From contig JANQEN010000203.1 in NCBI GenBank assembly GCA_028278335.1, positions 107,950-171,949 on the forward strand: a stretch of DNA of 64,000 bases, written 5' to 3'. Origin of the DNA: Chitinivibrionales bacterium (lineage in GTDB: Bacteria; Fibrobacterota; Chitinivibrionia; Chitinivibrionales; JANQEN01). The notes below the pieces were generated by a model. It saw nothing but the letters and a program-made list of their open reading frames with translations, ran no database searches and was not told the origin of the DNA. How positions within the stretch are numbered: position 1 is the stretch's first letter; each line of letters opens with the position of its first letter. The position numbers and the translations under genes are program-made. Positions 1 through 9,836 of this stretch are shown here, in pieces.

Positions 1-1
1 T

Positions 2-202
2 TATGTCTTTACCATTGTCGCAGATCGCTTTCTGTACAAAATGGTTCGCTCTATTGTTGGTACCCTCATTGATATCAGCAGAGGAAATATTTCAATGACC
101 CTTGATGAAATAATACAGAGTAAAAAGAGAGCCCTTGTTGGGCAAACTGCTCCAGCCCATGGCTTGGTGCTTGATTACGTGACCTATGACGAGGTACTAT
201 GA
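2..202 (+). CDS. truA: tRNA pseudouridine(38-40) synthase TruA, C-terminal fragment (5' end lies outside the window)
   Basis: Frame 2 reads ...DRFLYKMVRSIVGTLIDISRGN...GQTAPAHGLVLDYVTYDEVL*, matching the conserved TruA C-terminal blocks (MVRxIVG, TAPAxGLxL). The TGA at 200-202 overlaps the next ATG (ATGA). Confidence 0.6.
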   Translation, partial: YVFTIVADRFLYKMVRSIVGTLIDISRGNISMTLDEIIQSKKRALVGQTAPAHGLVLDYVTYDEVL

Positions 203-1425
203 ATATGAACAGATCCGGTAAAATTGGCACCTATTTTCTTATACTCATCATTGGATTGATACTGGGTGGTATGCTTGGTGGAGAAGTAATCAGGCGAGTG
301 TTTCGTGAGGATCCTCAATCGGATGCATCACATACTGAAAGGCCAGATCCAGAGAATGTAAATTCTGAGAGCTCACTTCAGCAACTACAGGATGATATAC
401 TCAATACTCGTCGTAATGCCATAGTACTGGCTGCACAAAGGGTAGAGAAGAGTGTTGTCAGTATTATTGTGACCCAAGTACAGTACATCGGCTCGACGTA
501 TCACTATGAAGATTTTTTTGATATGTTTTTTATGCCGAAAATGGTTCCCAAGTATCGCGAAGTCCAGAACATGGGTTCCGGTTTTATTCTTGATAAGGAT
601 GGGCTTATCTTGACCAATAACCATGTAGTTGACGGTGCTAAAAAGCTCTATATCAATTTCCCCGATGGAAGGCAACTTGAAGGAGCTATTGTCGGCCAAG
701 ACCCCTATTCTGATCTTGCTGTTGTCTCGGTAAAGGATAAAAAGGGCTCTTTTTCTAATGTTGCCTTAGGAAACTCCGATGACCTGATGATTGGAGAATG
801 GGTCATAGCCATTGGTAATCCCTTTTTAAATTTTTATGATGCTAAACCAACTGTTACGGTTGGTGTTGTCAGTGCCTTAAATAGAAACTTTGCACCGGGA
901 GATAATGTCTATTATCAAAATATGATTCAGACCGATGCTGCAATCAACCCGGGTAATTCAGGCGGTCCGCTACTCAACGCCTTGGGTGAGGTTATAGGGA
1001 TAAACTCCTTTGTCTACATGGGCACCAAAAAAGCTAAACGAGATCCAGCAGGCATGGGCTTTGCCATTCCCATCAATAGGGCAAAACGGGTGGTGCATGA
1101 ACTGGTGACCTATGGAAAAAGACGGCAGGTTTGGACAGGAATATCCGTGCAGGACATTGATCGCTCTATGGCGTTAGCCTTGGGGCTTGGTGAAATGAGT
1201 GGTGTTATTGTTGCCGATCTTTCAAAAAATGATCCCGGCGATAAGGCAGGATTAAAAGTCAATGATGTGATCACCAGCATGGGGAATCGAATAATTCGAT
1301 CACATATGGATTTTGAGGGGCTCTTTGTTAACTATTTTCCTGGTGATATGGTGCCGGTAACTGTGGTTCGTGGAGGTGAAACCATCACGCTCTCATTAAC
1401 CTTGGAAGAATATCGTGGAAAGTAA
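199..1425 (+). CDS. htrA: HtrA/DegP-family serine endoprotease with an N-terminal membrane anchor and one PDZ domain
   Basis: Trypsin-like triad contexts LTNNHVV (His), DLAVVSV (Asp) and GNSGGPLLN (Ser). C-terminal PDZ-like segment GDKAGLKVNDVITSMGN. Confidence 0.85.
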   Translation: MNMNRSGKIGTYFLILIIGLILGGMLGGEVIRRVFREDPQSDASHTERPDPENVNSESSLQQLQDDILNTRRNAIVLAAQRVEKSVVSIIVTQVQYIGSTYHYEDFFDMFFMPKMVPKYREVQNMGSGFILDKDGLILTNNHVVDGAKKLYINFPDGRQLEGAIVGQDPYSDLAVVSVKDKKGSFSNVALGNSDDLMIGEWVIAIGNPFLNFYDAKPTVTVGVVSALNRNFAPGDNVYYQNMIQTDAAINPGNSGGPLLNALGEVIGINSFVYMGTKKAKRDPAGMGFAIPINRAKRVVHELVTYGKRRQVWTGISVQDIDRSMALALGLGEMSGVIVADLSKNDPGDKAGLKVNDVITSMGNRIIRSHMDFEGLFVNYFPGDMVPVTVVRGGETITLSLTLEEYRGK

Positions 1426-1506
1426 CAGCTTTATGTAATTGGTACCCATCGAATAATATATTTTCTTAAAAGCAAGAGATTATAATCGCTTGAAAAAGGA
1501 TATACT

Positions 1507-1863
1507 ATGAATGTTGGCTTAAAAGAGAAAAAATTGGGGACCTTGGTTCTAGTTGTTGTACTTGGTCTACTCATTGGTGGCTATTTAAACTCTTTGGCAA
1601 CAGCCATTATACCAGGTAAAAATAATGTAGTAAAAACATTCTTTACCACCAATATTAAATTTGGCATTGGAGATTTTGGCGATCGCGAAATCCTTTCCGT
1701 GGGCATTGATGAGGCAGGAAAAGCTGCACCCAAAAAGCAGATTAGACCCTTGGTAATCAATCTCTATGCAATAAAATTTCTTTTAGGTTTTCAATTGAAA
1801 ATAAGTTTCATGTCTATTATTGGACTGTTGATAAGTCTCTATATATTTAGATGGTATCGATAA
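1507..1863 (+). CDS. small membrane protein (DUF4321-like)
   Basis: 118 aa with an N-terminal TM helix (LVLVVVLGLLIGGYL) and a C-terminal TM helix ending IGLLISLYIFRWYR. The pattern resembles the DUF4321 family as I recall it. Confidence 0.4.
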   Translation: MNVGLKEKKLGTLVLVVVLGLLIGGYLNSLATAIIPGKNNVVKTFFTTNIKFGIGDFGDREILSVGIDEAGKAAPKKQIRPLVINLYAIKFLLGFQLKISFMSIIGLLISLYIFRWYR

Positions 1864-1977
1864 TAGCTTAATCCATCTCTCCTTGATCCATTTTGTTGTA
1901 ACAGTACCAACTCAGGAACAGAGATGGTTACAGTAGGTAACTTATGACCAGATATTTAACAGTAAGGATCACCGGCT

Positions 1978-3411
1978 ATGGCCTTTTTTAACAAACCAAT
2001 CTCCGATATTGTTGCAGAGATACAAAGCGGTCAAAAGAGTTGCACAGAAATTGTTGATTCTGCTCTTAACAAAATCTCAGAGAAAAATGGGGAGATTAAC
2101 GCCATTATCACTGTTGAAGAGACAAAAGCAAAAGAAAGAGCAGCAACCCTGGATGCGCTTACCAATGATGATAAAATGGCTAAGCCTCTTTTAGGGATCC
2201 CCATTGCACTAAAGGATAATATTTGTACTCAGGATTTACCAACGACCTGTGCCTCGAATATCTTGAAGGACTTTGAGCCACCCTATAATGCTTCGGTGGT
2301 TGACTTTTTAGAAAATGCTGGAGCAGTCATTGTTGGGAAAAGCAATCTTGATGAGTTTGCCATGGGCTCTTCAACTGAATCTTCAGCCTTTGGAGTGACA
2401 AAGAACCCAAAGGATTTTGATTATATTCCCGGTGGATCCAGTGGTGGTAGTGCTGCTGCTGTTGCCCATGATTTGGTTCCCCTTGCTTTGGGTTCTGATA
2501 CAGGTGGATCGATTCGGCAACCCTGTGCCCACTGCGGTGTTGCAGGATTGAAACCAACCTATGGTCGGGTATCACGCTATGGACTTGTCGCCTATGCCTC
2601 ATCGCTTGATCAGATTGGTCCCATTGGATCAGATATCCGTGACCTGGGAGTAATGCTAGAGGTTGTGTCTCAACCGGACGAGCGTGATTCAACCAAGAAT
2701 GCATCACCATTTGTAAATGATCCTTCACTCTACTCAGGTGAGGTTAGCGGTCTGACCATTGGAGTTCCTAAAGAATATTTTGCTGAGGGACTTTCCGATC
2801 CAGTTCGTAAATCAATCGAATTGGTTAAAGAACAACTTATCGAGGCTGGGGTAACACTGGTTGATGTCTCGCTTCCCAATATTCAATATGCAATTGCAAC
2901 CTACTATATTATTGCCACTGCTGAAGCTTCCTCAAATCTTGCCCGCTATGACGGAGTAAAATATGGCTATCGATCTGAGGAGCACGCATCATTGCTTGAT
3001 ATGTATAAAAACAGCCGTAATCAGGGATTTGGTGCAGAAGTAAAGCGACGTATTATATTGGGTACCTATGTGTTAAGTTCTGGGTACTATGATGCCTATT
3101 ATCAAAAAGCTGCCAAGGTAAGAACTCTTATTACGCAAGATTTTGCACAGGCCTTTGGCCAATGTGATGCGCTTATTGCCCCAGTGGCGCCATCACCGGC
3201 ATTTAAGCTCGGTGAAATATGTGATGATCCTTTACAAATGTATTTAACTGATATCTATACGGTATCAGCAAATCTTGCTGGTATTCCAGGTATATCGGTC
3301 CCCTGTGGCCAGGCTGGAGCATTACCCATAGGGGTACAATTTATGGCGCCCCATTGGCGCGAAGATACCCTACTTCAGCTAGGGTATGCTGTGCAAGCGC
3401 ACCAGTGTTAA
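1978..3411 (+). CDS. gatA: Asp-tRNA(Asn)/Glu-tRNA(Gln) amidotransferase subunit A
   Basis: Amidase signature [12 protein letters not shown] and [11 protein letters not shown]. Length (477 aa) and overall sequence are typical of GatA. Confidence 0.9.
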   Translation: MAFFNKPISDIVAEIQSGQKSCTEIVDSALNKISEKNGEINAIITVEETKAKERAATLDALTNDDKMAKPLLGIPIALKDNICTQDLPTTCASNILKDFEPPYNASVVDFLENAGAVIVGKSNLDEFAMGSSTESSAFGVTKNPKDFDYIPGGSSGGSAAAVAHDLVPLALGSDTGGSIRQPCAHCGVAGLKPTYGRVSRYGLVAYASSLDQIGPIGSDIRDLGVMLEVVSQPDERDSTKNASPFVNDPSLYSGEVSGLTIGVPKEYFAEGLSDPVRKSIELVKEQLIEAGVTLVDVSLPNIQYAIATYYIIATAEASSNLARYDGVKYGYRSEEHASLLDMYKNSRNQGFGAEVKRRIILGTYVLSSGYYDAYYQKAAKVRTLITQDFAQAFGQCDALIAPVAPSPAFKLGEICDDPLQMYLTDIYTVSANLAGIPGISVPCGQAGALPIGVQFMAPHWREDTLLQLGYAVQAHQC

Positions 3412-3423
3412 TGGAATTGGTAT

Positions 3424-3981
3424 GTGTGTATGAGTAAACACATTCCCGGCATTCGATCAGTCATTGGCATTGGTATTTTTGTGTTGCTTTTTATTGTAGG
3501 AAATGGATGTTCCCCAAACTCTTCGCATGTGCGTCCTTCCTATAGAAGTGCTGAACCTCAAAAGAAAGTGGCAACACCTTTTAAGGAGGATGATAAAAAA
3601 ACAAACCAGGATATAGAACAGGGTGAGTTGAAACGGGTTGTTGATTCATATAAAGGAGTACGGTATCGCCCGGGTGGCACCACTATTCGGGGAATGGACT
3701 GTTCCGGTTTTGTCTGGAAAGTGTTTTCGACCTTAGGGCGGATTGAGATTCCTCGCACCTCCTCTGCTGAACTTTACAAAATGGGACGCTCGGTTCCATT
3801 GAGTAAGGCACGGCTGGGTGATTTAGTTTTTTTTAAGAGAAGAGGTAGGATCTTTCATGTGGGGATTTATATGGGTAATAATATGTTCGCCCATGCCAGT
3901 TCTAAACAGGGCATAATCTATACATCATTGGATAGTGATTATTTTAAACGACGATTTGTTGGAGTCAGGAGGATATATTAA
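3424..3981 (+). CDS. NlpC/P60 (C40) cell-wall peptidase, probable lipoprotein
   Basis: Signal/lipobox-like N-terminus (...IVGNGCS). Catalytic Cys context DCSGFVWKVF and His context HVGIYMGNNMFAHAS. Confidence 0.8.
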   Translation: MCMSKHIPGIRSVIGIGIFVLLFIVGNGCSPNSSHVRPSYRSAEPQKKVATPFKEDDKKTNQDIEQGELKRVVDSYKGVRYRPGGTTIRGMDCSGFVWKVFSTLGRIEIPRTSSAELYKMGRSVPLSKARLGDLVFFKRRGRIFHVGIYMGNNMFAHASSKQGIIYTSLDSDYFKRRFVGVRRIY

Positions 3982-4833
3982 ATGAAAATTGTATTTCAGG
4001 GAGAACGAGGGGCATATAGTGAATTGGCGGCAAAGGAGTACTTTAGCAATTCCAATCGATTCGTTGCGGTGCCAGAGTTCTCTGATGTCTATGATGCGGT
4101 TCATGATGGTAAAGCAAAATATGGTATCTTGCCAATAGAGAATTCACTGGCTGGAAGTATACATCAAAACTACGACATTTTATTAAAGGGAGATGCGATT
4201 ATTGTTGGTGAGATATATCTAAAAGTATCTCACTATTTAATAGCCAATGAGGGTGTTACGTCAAAGAAGATACGTCGGGTGTATTCTCATCCACAGGCCA
4301 TTGCCCAATGTAAAAACTATTTAACACGCTTTAAAGATACGGAACATATACCGGTCTCCAATACTGCAAGTGCAGTAAAGAAGATTAAAAAAGAGAAGAT
4401 GATGGACGCTGCTGCCATTGCTTCAATGCAGGCTGCGATTGATTTTAATATGCGTGTTTTAGGCAGGCGTATTGAGGATTTAGACAATAATCAGACCCGT
4501 TTTATTATTTTAGGGAATAAGCCAAAGCGTCTTAGTGCCAAAGAGCAAGACATTAAAACATCCATTGTTTTTTCCCTAAAAAATATTCCCGGTGCCCTCT
4601 TTAAAGCGCTCAGCGTTTTTGCTCTTCGTGATATTGATCTTTACAAAATTGAGTCACGGCCGGTTTATGGAAAAAACTTTGAATATCTATTTTATTTGGA
4701 CTTTGCTGGAAATATTGACAATGATATTCCAGAAAAGGCAATCAACCATCTGCGGGAGATAACCACCTTTGATAGAATTCTTGGATCCTATCATGTGGGA
4801 AAGGTCGTTCACCCAATTTATCAAAAGCGATAA
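3982..4833 (+). CDS. pheA: prephenate dehydratase (PDT plus ACT domains)
   Basis: N-terminus KIVFQGERGAYSE. ACT-like TSIVFSLKNIPGALFKALSVFALRDIDLYKIESRP. Confidence 0.85.
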   Translation: MKIVFQGERGAYSELAAKEYFSNSNRFVAVPEFSDVYDAVHDGKAKYGILPIENSLAGSIHQNYDILLKGDAIIVGEIYLKVSHYLIANEGVTSKKIRRVYSHPQAIAQCKNYLTRFKDTEHIPVSNTASAVKKIKKEKMMDAAAIASMQAAIDFNMRVLGRRIEDLDNNQTRFIILGNKPKRLSAKEQDIKTSIVFSLKNIPGALFKALSVFALRDIDLYKIESRPVYGKNFEYLFYLDFAGNIDNDIPEKAINHLREITTFDRILGSYHVGKVVHPIYQKR

Positions 4834-4844
4834 GGGAAAATAGT

Positions 4845-5165
4845 ATGGCAGTTTATTCTATAAAAGAGTTACCTCCCAAGCCATTGATTGTGGGAACCCA
4901 ATCTCGGTTTATCCATACCAACAATATGACCTTAGGATATTGGGAGTTTGAACCAGGCGTTGCACTACCAGAGCATGCTCATCCCCATGAACAGGTATCC
5001 CATATTATTTCCGGTGCATTTGAGTTTACCATCGATAATGAGGTGACAAAATTGAACCCCGGTGATATTGCTGTCATTCCTCCAAACGCCGTTCATTCTG
5101 GAAGAGCACTTACACAGTGTACTATTATTGATGTCTTTCATCCTGTGCGTGAAGACTTTCGATAA
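4845..5165 (+). CDS. cupin domain protein
   Basis: 106 aa with cupin metal motifs HAHPHEQVSHIISG ... PPNAVHSGRA. Confidence 0.7.
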   Translation: MAVYSIKELPPKPLIVGTQSRFIHTNNMTLGYWEFEPGVALPEHAHPHEQVSHIISGAFEFTIDNEVTKLNPGDIAVIPPNAVHSGRALTQCTIIDVFHPVREDFR

Positions 5166-5447
5166 TTAGACAGGCTACTTTAAAAGAGATTGTGTCTAAG
5201 CAATTCATCGTTGTTTACGAGAATATGCAGAAGTTGGGTGAAATTGATTATCAATACTGTATGGCATGTCCATTTAGAGACTGCTTCAAAATTGTTAAGA
5301 GTTATTATATAGCCTCATTTTTGATAGGTCTTTTTTGTTTGTATTGAATTTATTGTAAGGACTCGACAGCAGCCATACTTTGGTGCCGCACAGCACTCTC
5401 AATGACAATGTAACTCATTCGATAAATGTATCACATTTATCTATAGA

Positions 5448-5912
5448 TTAGATATATTTATTTTCACCCTCAATTAGGTAGGTGAGGAAATCCTCAGGAG
5501 TCCCAGCGTTAAGGAGCTTTTCACGCATATCTTGGTAGGACATAATTTTTGAGAGAGAAGAGAGAATTGTCCTGTGGTCATCGGAATTATCCTCTGGAGA
5601 GGCGAGCATAAAAAGAAGATGGACCGGATTTTCATCTAAAGAATCAAATTCAATTCCTGGAACGCATCGTCCTGCAACCATACATACCTTGTCGACCAGT
5701 GTAGTCCGGGCATGGGGTATGGCAATGCCAAATCCAATTCCCGTTGAAACCTGTAATTCGCGTTCAAGGATCTTTTGTACTAAGAGTTCTGGGTCTTTTA
5801 ACGTATGGATAGAGGCAAGAAATTTTGCCATCTGTGTTAATAGATCATTTTTTGGCTGTTCCTTGAGATCTATCAAGATAGCATTTCTAGAGAGAATATC
5901 CTGAATTTTCAA
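5448..5912 (-). CDS. PTS EIIA type-2 domain protein (PtsN/fructose-type IIA)
   Basis: 154 aa with the phosphorylation-site context GIGFGIAIPHART. No other PTS components are in the window. Confidence 0.75.
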   Translation of the reverse strand: MKIQDILSRNAILIDLKEQPKNDLLTQMAKFLASIHTLKDPELLVQKILERELQVSTGIGFGIAIPHARTTLVDKVCMVAGRCVPGIEFDSLDENPVHLLFMLASPEDNSDDHRTILSSLSKIMSYQDMREKLLNAGTPEDFLTYLIEGENKYI

Positions 5913-5943
5913 AAAGCATCCTTTATAAGCTGGTTTTTAACAA

Positions 5944-6174
5944 TCATTCATCCCTAAGCATTTTTCGTTTTTCCCTTTTGCCTTTGAAGACAAAGGCAAT
6001 CCGTCCAAAAACATAAAGTGCAATTCCCACAATTCCAAAGGTTGTTGCCATTGGTTGAGAGATGCCTGTGTAATTTTTCTGCACCAGGATAAGGACTCCG
6101 ATAATGGCCAGAACCATGCCACCGGTCATGAAGAGGTAGGCGTAATCACAGATTATTTTCCAAATATTTTTCAT
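5944..6174 (-). CDS. small two-TM membrane protein, function unknown
   Basis: 76 aa with two hydrophobic helices and a basic C-terminal tail (KGKREKRK). The overlapping 61-aa ORF in another frame is disfavoured. Confidence 0.35.
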   Translation of the reverse strand: MKNIWKIICDYAYLFMTGGMVLAIIGVLILVQKNYTGISQPMATTFGIVGIALYVFGRIAFVFKGKREKRKMLRDE

Positions 6175-6261
6175 AGGTATACCCTAATGAACGTAAAAAG
6201 TGGTTTAAATATAATTATTTGCTTAAAAATATGCTAAAGTATTCATAATTATCTAGGGAAT

Positions 6262-7248
6262 CTATTTCGGATAGATAAGCTTGGTCCAATCCTCATTGGA
6301 TAGCGCTGCAAGCTGCTCAAATAGCTTCTTGGTTTTCTTTGCCTCTGTGGTTGCCACTGTTACTGTTAATCTGTTTTTTTCAAAGGTAGGGTGTGCTTCA
6401 AAGGTAATATGAGCTGGGTCAGGATTTAAGGTGTGAGCCCATTTCTTCCATTTGCTCTTTGCTTCTGAGAGGCGGGGAAATTTATGTAGGTATAAATAGG
6501 AGCGTATTTTATTAATTTTCTGAGGCCCATTGAGCACATCGCTATGTAATGGCTCTTGTATTTTTGGTTGCGAGAGAATGTGGGCAATTGTTTTTTGTTG
6601 AATATAGGCAATCTCAACAAGCCATTCAGTGAATTCCCGTTGATTTTGTAAAGAGAGTGGCAGGGATTTAAATTCTTGGAGGTATGCTTTCTGATCCTCG
6701 GTAGTAAAAGTTGCAAAGTTTTCAACCAAGGAGATGTCTAACACTTCGGACAGAAAAGCTTCAATGGTTTCTTTCTGTGCCTTGGCAAGTGTTGTAAAGC
6801 TCTGTACCTGCTTCTTTGAAATAGAAAGCATGTGTAGAAGGGTGCCACGGGTCTCCTTTTTAAAATTGTTGGTGATGTAATGCCAATAGAGATATTTTTC
6901 TCGAATTGTGTGGTTGCGATTTTTATTAAACAATATTCTTAAGATACACTGTGTTTCGGCTGATAATAGGGGAGTTACAATTTTACAGAGAATTGTTTCG
7001 TTATTTGTTAATGCCTTAAATCGTTTGTAACCATCAATAACACTAAAGGTTCCCTCTGGATTTGGATTTACTACTATTGGATTGACAAGGTCCAGCTCAC
7101 TCGCTGCCTCTGAAGGATGGGGTGTATAAAAACAATCCTCTAAAATGAGTTGCGCTGGTACAATTTTTTGGTATGAAATCGAGAGCGTTTGAGGTAGCTC
7201 TTTAGAGAGAGCTCGCACACTGTTCGATAAGGGTATGGTATCGTTCAT
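6262..7248 (-). CDS. ParB/Srx-fold N-terminal domain protein, function unknown
   Basis: The segment IVVNPNPEGTFSVIDGYKRFKAL resembles the ParB-N core (xDGxxRxxA). The remainder is helical. It overlaps the upstream GT2 gene by 47 nt. Confidence 0.45.
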   Translation of the reverse strand: MNDTIPLSNSVRALSKELPQTLSISYQKIVPAQLILEDCFYTPHPSEAASELDLVNPIVVNPNPEGTFSVIDGYKRFKALTNNETILCKIVTPLLSAETQCILRILFNKNRNHTIREKYLYWHYITNNFKKETRGTLLHMLSISKKQVQSFTTLAKAQKETIEAFLSEVLDISLVENFATFTTEDQKAYLQEFKSLPLSLQNQREFTEWLVEIAYIQQKTIAHILSQPKIQEPLHSDVLNGPQKINKIRSYLYLHKFPRLSEAKSKWKKWAHTLNPDPAHITFEAHPTFEKNRLTVTVATTEAKKTKKLFEQLAALSNEDWTKLIYPK

Positions 7249-8044
7249 AAAGATCTATCCTATTTCGTTTTTTAAATCCCTGCGCTACAATGGTGCATTT
7301 CTCTTTCAGCGTCGATAAAACCATGCCCCGTTGATCGTCACTGATTGACTCATGGGTAAGGAGGTTGAGCAGTGCTCGGATTCTATAGCGGTCAAGTATG
7401 GGCGTTGAAAAGGAGAGCTGGTCCTCATGGCCGCCGTAGCGTGTCATAAGATAATCGTCAACAAGCCCAACAGGATGACGATAGGTTAAGCGTAACCAAA
7501 GGTCATAATCTTCACAGGCAGGAAGTGATTCGTTGAATCCTCCTACAGTAAGAAAGAGCTTTTTTTTAATCATAACCGAGGAGGGTGTGATCATACAACG
7601 CTTGAGGCTCTCAGGAAAAATCCAGCCACCAACTTTGTCATGGGTTTTTGGCGGATTTACTCGACGTCCCTTTCGGATCCAGATTTCCCGAGTCTGTACA
7701 ATGGAGTAGGTTGAATTTTTTTTAATCCATGCAATCTGTCGCTCAAGTTTTTTTGGATGCCAGACATCATCGGAATCCAAAAAGGCAATCCAGCTTCCCC
7801 GTGCCTGAGATACAGCAAAGTTTCTAGCATAGGCAACACCGCAATTGCTCGGGAGAGCATGATAGATAATCCCTTGATTACCGTGAGCAACTATAGAGTC
7901 TTTGTCTGTGCCATCGGTTGAGCCGTCATTTATTACAATGCATTCATAATTGGTGTAGCTTTGATCACAAACCGATTGGATTGCTCGTTGACAGAGGGCT
8001 AATCTATTAAAGGTGGGAATAATAACAGAAACTAAAGGAGTCAT
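7202..8044 (-). CDS. family 2 glycosyltransferase
   Basis: N-terminal VSVIIPTFNR and the DxD context AFLDSDDVW. Confidence 0.85.
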   Translation of the reverse strand: MTPLVSVIIPTFNRLALCQRAIQSVCDQSYTNYECIVINDGSTDGTDKDSIVAHGNQGIIYHALPSNCGVAYARNFAVSQARGSWIAFLDSDDVWHPKKLERQIAWIKKNSTYSIVQTREIWIRKGRRVNPPKTHDKVGGWIFPESLKRCMITPSSVMIKKKLFLTVGGFNESLPACEDYDLWLRLTYRHPVGLVDDYLMTRYGGHEDQLSFSTPILDRYRIRALLNLLTHESISDDQRGMVLSTLKEKCTIVAQGFKKRNRIDLYERYHTLIEQCASSL

Positions 8045-8052
8045 AGAGTGCT

Positions 8053-9498
8053 CTACCGGGCCCCTTTACCGGTGAAAACGACCAAAATCGTTCGTAGGAT
8101 TATTTTGATATCAAGGAGAATTGACATGTTTTCAAAATAGTACAGGTCGTAGATGACCTTCTGTTTTACATCTTCGATAGTTGCATCGTATTTGTGTTTT
8201 ACCTGGGCCCAACCTGTAATACCTGGTTTCATTTTTATCCTGCGGATGTACCAGGGGATCTCCTTTTGCAATTTCTCTATAAAGAAGGCACGCTCTGGCC
8301 GAGGACCGACACAGCTCATCTCACCTTTCAAAACATTAAGGAATTGTGGTATTTCATCTAAACGTGTTTTACGCATAAACTTTCCAAAGGGAGTGATGCG
8401 AGGGTCGTCCTCTGTTGCCCATTTGGGCCCGCTTCTTTTTTCCGCATCCTCAAACATGGATCGAAACTTGACCATGGTAAAGGGCTTTCCATTTTGACCG
8501 ATTCGTTCTTGTCTAAAGAGAATTGGTCCAGGGCTGGTCAATTTTGTCAAGAGCGCAACCAAAAGCAATACTGGTGATCCTAACGTCAAAATACCAACAG
8601 AAACACCTATATCGAAAAGACGTTTGATCTGGGCCTGCCACCCCGGCATATGATGACGAAGCAAAACAATAAGAGGGACCCCAAAGACTTGATGTGTTTT
8701 TAAATGACCGGATATGACATCCATGAGAGAGGGGACCATATAAATGGTTACACTACTATTGGCACTGCAATTAAGAATTCGGAGAATCTCATTGGCTGAT
8801 GCTGACACATGAGAAATGATAAGGCCACTGATATTGTGTTTTTCAACTATGCTTTGCAACTCTGAATAGGTACCAAAGATGGGTAATCCCTCGCAGGTTG
8901 TTCCCCGCTTATTTCCATCATCATCAATAAAACCGGTTATAGTATAGCCAAGGTGAGGATAGTTTTCAATCTCGTGAAAGAGCTTCTTGCCCGAATCTGA
9001 AGCACCAATGATTAATACATTCTCCTTGAGAAGCCCCTTAAGAAAAATCCAAGCCAGAATCGTATGCATGGCAAATCGGTTTATTGTTGCAGCAGAAAGG
9101 ATACAAAGAGCGTAGGTAAAGAGGCTGGTAAATTGCGTTTTAGTCATGAGGATTGGCCGATGACCTGTAAGAACAAATTGAATAATCTCGTCAGCACTGA
9201 CAATAAGGAAGAGGAGAAAAATGCCAAAAAGGATTGTCCGACTTACAACAAAAAATTCATCAACCCGTGACTCTTTGTACCAATCACGATAGAGACCAGT
9301 AAGAAAGAAGAGTATAATCCAAATACAGGATATGGTGATACTGGGAAGCAGATAATCAGAGAAATTTACAGATGGATCAAAGGTCTCGGGGATTAAGTTA
9401 CTTTTATATCTAATCCAAAAAGTGGCAGCAAAGGCAGCATTCACTGCAATAACATCAAAGAAAAAGGTGATTATCTTTTCTAAAAAACGGGTTCCCAT
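8053..9498 (-). CDS. polyprenyl-phosphate sugar phosphotransferase (WbaP/EpsB-like, exopolysaccharide initiation)
   Basis: N-terminal TM helices, a central Rossmann-like segment (VLIIGASDSGKKL), and a C-terminal bacterial sugar-transferase domain (VGPRPER, KPGITGWAQV). Confidence 0.85.
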   Translation of the reverse strand: MGTRFLEKIITFFFDVIAVNAAFAATFWIRYKSNLIPETFDPSVNFSDYLLPSITISCIWIILFFLTGLYRDWYKESRVDEFFVVSRTILFGIFLLFLIVSADEIIQFVLTGHRPILMTKTQFTSLFTYALCILSAATINRFAMHTILAWIFLKGLLKENVLIIGASDSGKKLFHEIENYPHLGYTITGFIDDDGNKRGTTCEGLPIFGTYSELQSIVEKHNISGLIISHVSASANEILRILNCSANSSVTIYMVPSLMDVISGHLKTHQVFGVPLIVLLRHHMPGWQAQIKRLFDIGVSVGILTLGSPVLLLVALLTKLTSPGPILFRQERIGQNGKPFTMVKFRSMFEDAEKRSGPKWATEDDPRITPFGKFMRKTRLDEIPQFLNVLKGEMSCVGPRPERAFFIEKLQKEIPWYIRRIKMKPGITGWAQVKHKYDATIEDVKQKVIYDLYYFENMSILLDIKIILRTILVVFTGKGAR

Positions 9499-9836
9499 GA
9501 TCCTGTCTTTGTCTTTGAATGAATATAGTATAGTAACCTTTGAAAATTAATTTTCTACTGCGGCTGGCTGCAAAACACTTTGGATTTCGTTACGTTCAAA
9601 GGAGCTACGCTCAGCCTCAAAAGGAAACTAACATATTAGAGGTCACCTTAAAGCATAGTATTCTGTGCCAGCTTTGAGTAGCACTAAATATACCTTTTTC
9701 CCTTAAAAATTGAAATTGACACTGTCCATACCTGAGTTTTGTATAAAAAAGTTATTCTAATCTTAAAGAGGCACGCTATATATATTGTATAAGAGATTTC
9801 TAAATCAATGCTTTTTAAAAAATAAGGTCGTTAAAG

